DNA of 64,000 nucleotides, taken from Anaerolineae bacterium. Its GTDB lineage: Bacteria; Chloroflexota; Anaerolineae; B4-G1; DUEL01. The position numbers and the translations under genes are program-made. Positions 59,523-64,000 of the stretch are shown here, one piece after another (position 1 is the first letter of the stretch; each line of letters opens with the position of its first letter). The notes beneath the pieces were generated by a model. It saw only the letters and a list, made by a program, of their open reading frames with translations, made no database searches and was not told the DNA's origin. The stretch lies in the NCBI GenBank assembly GCA_041082215.1, contig JBDOIF010000120.1, positions 1-64,000 of the forward strand. Direction: 5' to 3'.

Positions 59523-61816
59523 CGGACCTCCAGGGTGAGGATGGGGATGGCGTTGTTGGGGAAGGGGTTCCCCTCGGCGTCCGTCGCCGGCAGCCGTGCC
59601 CCTGTGATCGGGTCGTAGAGGCCTGCATACAGGGTGTAGCGGCCGGGAGGCAGCTGGGTCGGGAGGGGGAAGGAGCGGGGATCGCGCACCACCTCCCCGG
59701 CAGCCCACCAGCCGGTTGGGTACGCGCCGTCCAGCGGCGGCCCGTCCTTCTGGGTGACGAACGCTCCCTGCCTGTCCAGCAGGTGGAGGAAGGCGGTGTA
59801 GTCGGCTCCGGGCGCCCGTTCTGCCCGCCAGACCAGGGTGAGGGAGATCGGTTCCCCTGCCTGGACAGGGTAGGAAGTCAGGTCCACGCCGACGAGGGTG
59901 AAGGCCTCCCCCAGCCGGGCCATGATGGGGCGGGCGGCCTGGGCCGGGTTCGGGCGGGCGGGACGCAATGGCGCCACGTCCAGCAGAAGCTCTCCGGGCC
60001 AGGGTTCGCCGGAGGGAAGGGTGAAGGGCAGGGGGTCCTGCCCCTGCAACCGGAGCCCGGCCTGGAGGGCGATCAGCGTTGGGGCTTCCGCCTCTTTGGA
60101 CAGGGGCAGGAGATACCGGTCCTGGTAGATCACCCCCGGCTCCCACAGGCTGGTGGGGAAGGTGCCGCCGCCGGGGTAGCCGTCGGTGCCGGCGACCCGC
60201 TCCCAGCCCCGCCCCAGCAGCCGGACGTGGGCCACATAGTCCTCCTCCACCGGCGCCTGGGTCTGCCAGTAGAGGCTCACCGGAACCCGGTCGCCGGGGC
60301 GGGCCTCGTCCACCTCGATCCGTCCGCCGAGGAGCCGGATCGGCGTCCCGGCGACGGTGACGTCGAAGCGGGTCAGGTCGCCCGGCAGCCCGGCCTCCGC
60401 CACCGGCTGGGGGCGGGCGTAGGCAGGGAGGATGTACACGAACAGGATCGCCACCGACGCCACCAGATGGGCAAAGCCCACCAGGGCTGTGAAGGTCACC
60501 TGCAGGGGTGCGCTGGAGTCTCGCCCCGTCAGGCGGGCCAGGCCCAGCATCAGGAGGGTGGAGATGGCGGCGATGGCGGGGAACAGATACCGCCCTTGTG
60601 AGCCCAGCACGATCATAATGAATTGCCACACAGAGGCAAAGACGCCGAGGAAGGCGACGAAGACCACGGTCAGCCCGGCCTGGGCGGGGCGCGACCACCG
60701 CCAGCGGGTCCACTGGTCGGCCAGGAGCACCAGCAGCCCGGCCACCGCCAGCCGGACCAGCACCCACCAGGCCCGGTACATCCACGGGGCGACGGGGATG
60801 TTGAACCAGCCAAACATCGCCCAGTAGGACATCTCCAGCCCCTCCAACTGGGGGATGACCTCAAGGAAGCCAATCGGTTCAGGGCGGACCGTCCCGGTGT
60901 GGCTCAGCCAGGCGTTGACGCCCATCAGTTCGTCGTAGAGGATCAGGTTGCGGAGAAACCACCCACCGCAGACAAGGATGGCGGTGCCGAAGAGGAGGAG
61001 GGCGTCGAGTGTAATGCGAGTTGCAAGCCGTGTGTTGCGTATGGCGTGTTGCGTATTGCGTGTTGCGTTGAGGAGGAGGGCGAGGGCGACGGCGGGGGCC
61101 AGGGTGAGGCCGCTCAGTTTGGAAAGAGCTGCCAGCCCCAGGGCCGCCCCCAGGCTGACCAGCCCCCGCCTGGAGAGGCCGCGCGCCGCCAGCCGCGTGG
61201 CCCACCAGATGGTCAGGGAGCCGAAAGCGGCAACGGCGGCATCGTTGGAGACGCGCGCGCCGGTGAAGACGAACATAGGGTTAAAGGCCGTCAGCGCCGC
61301 CGCTCCTGCTGCTATATACGGACGTACCCTGCGGTCGCTGGCCAGCTCCCACGCTGTGCCGTAAGTGCCCAACACCGCCACCGCCCCCAGCAAGGCGGAG
61401 ACCAGCCGGGCGATGTGGACGGTGAGGGGGGTTCCCCGCCAGGGGAAGGACTCGGCGTCGGTGTGGATGAGGAAGTTCTTGTTGCCCACCGAGCCGGGGA
61501 AGCCGTTGGCGTGGTAGGGGTTACGCCAGGCCCAATCCCAGAAATCCACGTCGTCCCGAATCCAGAAGGTCAGCGCGGCGCAGAGGGCGTAGTAGAGCGG
61601 CGGATGGCTGGCGACGTAGCCTGTGACCCGTTCGCCGGAGGGGGTCCCCTGCACCGGCAACCCCCGTCCTTCGGTCAGTTCGTGGATGTAGGCGTAATGG
61701 CCGTTCTCGTCGGGGGTCTCAAAGATGGGGATGGCCGCCCCGTAGAGGATCGCCAGCGCCAGATACAGGACGACGATGATCCCAGCCCACCGATGTTCCT
61801 TCAGCGTTTGCTTCAT
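59519..61816 (-). CDS. GT-C glycosyltransferase (PMT_2/ArnT-like), paralog of downstream gene
   Basis: TPDENGH, HPPLYY, VSND, LSKLSG, WFLRNLILYD, QGRYLFP; two C-terminal repeats. Confidence 0.88.
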   Translation of the reverse strand: MKQTLKEHRWAGIIVVLYLALAILYGAAIPIFETPDENGHYAYIHELTEGRGLPVQGTPSGERVTGYVASHPPLYYALCAALTFWIRDDVDFWDWAWRNPYHANGFPGSVGNKNFLIHTDAESFPWRGTPLTVHIARLVSALLGAVAVLGTYGTAWELASDRRVRPYIAAGAAALTAFNPMFVFTGARVSNDAAVAAFGSLTIWWATRLAARGLSRRGLVSLGAALGLAALSKLSGLTLAPAVALALLLNATRNTQHAIRNTRLATRITLDALLLFGTAILVCGGWFLRNLILYDELMGVNAWLSHTGTVRPEPIGFLEVIPQLEGLEMSYWAMFGWFNIPVAPWMYRAWWVLVRLAVAGLLVLLADQWTRWRWSRPAQAGLTVVFVAFLGVFASVWQFIMIVLGSQGRYLFPAIAAISTLLMLGLARLTGRDSSAPLQVTFTALVGFAHLVASVAILFVYILPAYARPQPVAEAGLPGDLTRFDVTVAGTPIRLLGGRIEVDEARPGDRVPVSLYWQTQAPVEEDYVAHVRLLGRGWERVAGTDGYPGGGTFPTSLWEPGVIYQDRYLLPLSKEAEAPTLIALQAGLRLQGQDPLPFTLPSGEPWPGELLLDVAPLRPARPNPAQAARPIMARLGEAFTLVGVDLTSYPVQAGEPISLTLVWRAERAPGADYTAFLHLLDRQGAFVTQKDGPPLDGAYPTGWWAAGEVVRDPRSFPLPTQLPPGRYTLYAGLYDPITGARLPATDAEGNPFPNNAIPILTLEVR

Positions 61817-61848
61817 CTTTTCACCTCGACCATCCCCAACAGGCGGCT

Positions 61849-61873
61849 GTAGGTCGGTTTTGTTACCCGACCT
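61849..61873. repeat. GTAG-REP-like palindrome (second family)
   Basis: GTAGGTCGG-TTTTGTTAC-CCGACCT. Confidence 0.55.
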
Positions 61874-61876
61874 GAT

Positions 61877-63787
61877 TTATTCAGGCGTGATCTGGATCTG
61901 CTCGAACAGGAACCGATCCCCCGGCTGCCCCGGCGGCGGGTTCACGACCCCTACCCGACGGTTTTCGTCCCCTTCCACCGCCAGGCTCACCTCCAGCCGG
62001 TAGGTCCCTGGCGGCGTTGCCGGGTTGAGGTTCAGGTCGAAATGGGTCTCCACCACCTCATCCATCTCCCATCGGTCCGGCGGGTATCGGTCGAAGAGGT
62101 CGGGCCGGCGGTCCATATTCCCGCCCCACACATTGAAGTCCCCGTCCACCACACGGACCAGGGGGCGGAAGGGGGTAGGGGCGATCTGGGCCTGCCGACG
62201 CCAGTAGAGGACGGCGTGGATCCAGTTGCTGGGAGGATGGGAGAGCCGCTCGGTGGGTGGGAGGCTCCGGGCATCGAGCCGGTAGCCGACCAGACAGAGG
62301 CCGTTCTGGAAGCAGAGGTCCAGCGGCACGGCGGTTTCCGGAAGCGCAGGGTAGGTAAAGCGCATCTGGTAGCCGATGAGGGCGATCTGGCCCGCGTTGG
62401 GGTACTGCTCCGTGATGACCGGGAAGGCTGCGGCGGCCACCTCTCGCAGGTGATGGCCAGGGGCCATCGCCTGGTCCTGGTGCAACACCAGCCACAGCCG
62501 GTCGTAGTGTTGGGCCATCTGCTCGTAGAAGGGCCAGGGATCGTACGGGTCGTATGTGAATCCCTCGACCTCTGAAGTGCCCCGGTAGTACCGTTCCAGA
62601 AGCCGGGTGTTGTAGTAGGCGGAGACGACGGCTACGTCGTTCGGGCCTTCGTGGGCCTCGATGTAGCTGGCGATGAACCGCCAATCCCCCCGTTGCATTG
62701 CCGGGTCGGTGAGGTCGCGCACCAGCCCTCCGATCATCAGCCCGCCCAGGGCGAGGAGGAGAACCCCCAGCGGCCGCCAGAGACGGGCCAGGGTTTCGAC
62801 CCCATATGCCACCAGCAGGAAGAGGGCCGGCACGACAGCGGAGAGGTACTTGGCGGTGTAGACCGGCACGCGGAAGGAGATGATGTAGAAGAGAAGCACG
62901 GGCAGAAGGGCGTGGACGGCGACCGCCCATCGCTCCTTCTTTCCCAGGAGAAGCGCCGCCGCACCGACCAGGGCCAGGCCAGCGGGGAGGAGAAAGGCCG
63001 GCCAGGAGACCGTCGGCACGGAGAGCCGGTAAAAATAGTTCCCTAAGGCGTCCCGCAGCAGGGTCCCCAGCGGCACGAACCCCCGCCAGATGTCGCGCGG
63101 CTCATAGTACTGGATAAGCTGCCAGCCAATCTTCAGGAGAGGGAGGTGGGCCAACCCCAGGAGGAGCATCGTCGCCAGATAGGCCAGCAGCCGTTTTCGC
63201 CTCTGCCAGCCCAGGAAGAGGGCCATCACCGCCTGGCTTGCTACCAGAAAAACGCCGAAAAGGTGGCTGTAGAACACCGTCGAGGTGAGGGAAGCAAAGA
63301 GCAGCCAGCGCCACCAGCCGCCCCGCTGGAAAGCCTCTGTGAGGGCCAGGCTGGAAGCGACGGCGACCAGCATGTGGAGGGCGTACATCTTCGCTTCCTG
63401 GGCAAACCACAGGGCGAAGGGGGAGAAGCCCCAGAGCCAGACCGCCACCGCGCCTGCCCGCGCCGTCGCCAGCCGCCGTGCCCAGCGGAAGAGCAGCGGC
63501 ATCGTCAGCACCGAGCAGATGGCTGAGAGGTAACGGACGGCGAAGTCGGAGTCCCCCACCAGATGTCGCCACCCAAAGAGAAGCAGATAAAAGAGGGGGC
63601 CGTTGTGGGAAGGATGGATGATCGTGCGCGCGGTCTCCATGAAGCTCCCTTCCGTGAAGTGGAGGGCCATCACCTCATCCACCCACATGCTCTGGAGGGT
63701 CAGCGTGCCGGTCCGCAGCCCGTAGGCGATGAAGAGCAGGGCCAGGAGGCCGATGTTCAGGGTTGTGTGCTGTCTGGTCGATTTCAT
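61877..63787 (-). CDS. GT-C glycosyltransferase (GT39/PMT_2-like)
   Basis: QSMWVDE, GPLFY, AVRYLS, AQEAKMY, YSH, DWR; one C-terminal repeat. Confidence 0.88.
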   Translation of the reverse strand: MKSTRQHTTLNIGLLALLFIAYGLRTGTLTLQSMWVDEVMALHFTEGSFMETARTIIHPSHNGPLFYLLLFGWRHLVGDSDFAVRYLSAICSVLTMPLLFRWARRLATARAGAVAVWLWGFSPFALWFAQEAKMYALHMLVAVASSLALTEAFQRGGWWRWLLFASLTSTVFYSHLFGVFLVASQAVMALFLGWQRRKRLLAYLATMLLLGLAHLPLLKIGWQLIQYYEPRDIWRGFVPLGTLLRDALGNYFYRLSVPTVSWPAFLLPAGLALVGAAALLLGKKERWAVAVHALLPVLLFYIISFRVPVYTAKYLSAVVPALFLLVAYGVETLARLWRPLGVLLLALGGLMIGGLVRDLTDPAMQRGDWRFIASYIEAHEGPNDVAVVSAYYNTRLLERYYRGTSEVEGFTYDPYDPWPFYEQMAQHYDRLWLVLHQDQAMAPGHHLREVAAAAFPVITEQYPNAGQIALIGYQMRFTYPALPETAVPLDLCFQNGLCLVGYRLDARSLPPTERLSHPPSNWIHAVLYWRRQAQIAPTPFRPLVRVVDGDFNVWGGNMDRRPDLFDRYPPDRWEMDEVVETHFDLNLNPATPPGTYRLEVSLAVEGDENRRVGVVNPPPGQPGDRFLFEQIQITPE

Positions 63788-63789
63788 AT

Positions 63790-63866
63790 GTCAGGCGTCA
63801 AGCGTCAGGCGTCAAACATCAGGTGTCAAACGTCAGGCGTCAAACGTCAGACGTCAGGCGTCGGGT
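63790..63866. repeat. 7-mer tandem repeat (GTCARRC)x11
   Basis: gtcaggc gtcaagc gtcaggc gtcaaac atcaggt gtcaaac gtcaggc gtcaaac gtcagac gtcaggc gtcgggt. Confidence 0.9.
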
Positions 63867-63999
63867 GGCGGGGGATGTTGAGGGCCAGGAGCACGGCTGC
63901 GCCCGCTGCCAGCGCCAGCCCCACCTGGAGGGAGCGGGGGAAGAACCGCATCCTCACCCGGTGGTCCCCCGGCGGGATCAGGACACCGCGGAAGGTGGC
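63847..63999 (-). CDS. 3' end of YfhO-family membrane glycosyltransferase (partial)
   Basis: ATFRGVLIPPGDHRVRMRFFPRSLQVGL + TM + TPDV*; matches YfhO C-terminal pattern FR.V..P.G.H.V...Y/F.P.S. Confidence 0.72.
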   Translation of the reverse strand, partial: ATFRGVLIPPGDHRVRMRFFPRSLQVGLALAAGAAVLLALNIPRHPTPDV

Positions 64000-64000
64000 G

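Noticed and set aside
57318..60785. 1155-aa ORF suggesting a giant fused glycosyltransferase
   Set aside because: N-terminal 420 aa is off-frame overlap with the upstream paralog; real start is ATG 59522 in an ATGA overlap

Overview
GC-rich bacterial chromosomal window, most likely Chloroflexota (Anaerolineae-like). This is inferred from the YLP-type protein tails, the tandem GT-C glycosyltransferases carrying a repeated W-x-x-G-E/Q C-terminal domain, a staygreen homolog and near-consensus sigma70 promoters. It holds about 55 CDS and 2 tRNAs, with no prophage, CRISPR or intact transposase. Housekeeping and metabolic genes include cstA, an acyl-CoA dehydrogenase, a glycoside hydrolase/GHMP kinase/GPH transporter operon, pyrG, tRNA-Ser and tRNA-Gln, era, ttuA, ligA, a VapBC-type TA operon, a large amidase, polX and a ferredoxin. 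The last 16 kb is an envelope locus in which mreBCD-mrdA (no rodA) sits among five GT-C glycosyltransferases and an O-antigen-ligase-like gene. Several notable items are not in the ORF track. (1) A peroxiredoxin-like gene with an in-frame UGA (UxxC) and a SECIS-like hairpin, i.e. a probable selenoprotein. (2) An alpha/beta-hydrolase - staygreen (Mg-dechelatase) - seleno-peroxiredoxin - Tat/DUF362 run, a hypothetical chlorophyll-scavenging module. (3) A ~172-bp MITE with TIRs and a target-site duplication at the staygreen stop. (4) A RAYT remnant with dispersed GTAG-REPs, one in frame inside a gene and two supplying stop codons. (5) A probable AUA start for mreD. (6) Many 7/8/9-mer tandem repeats at gene junctions and inside genes. 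All functional calls come from motif recognition by eye; no database searches were run.
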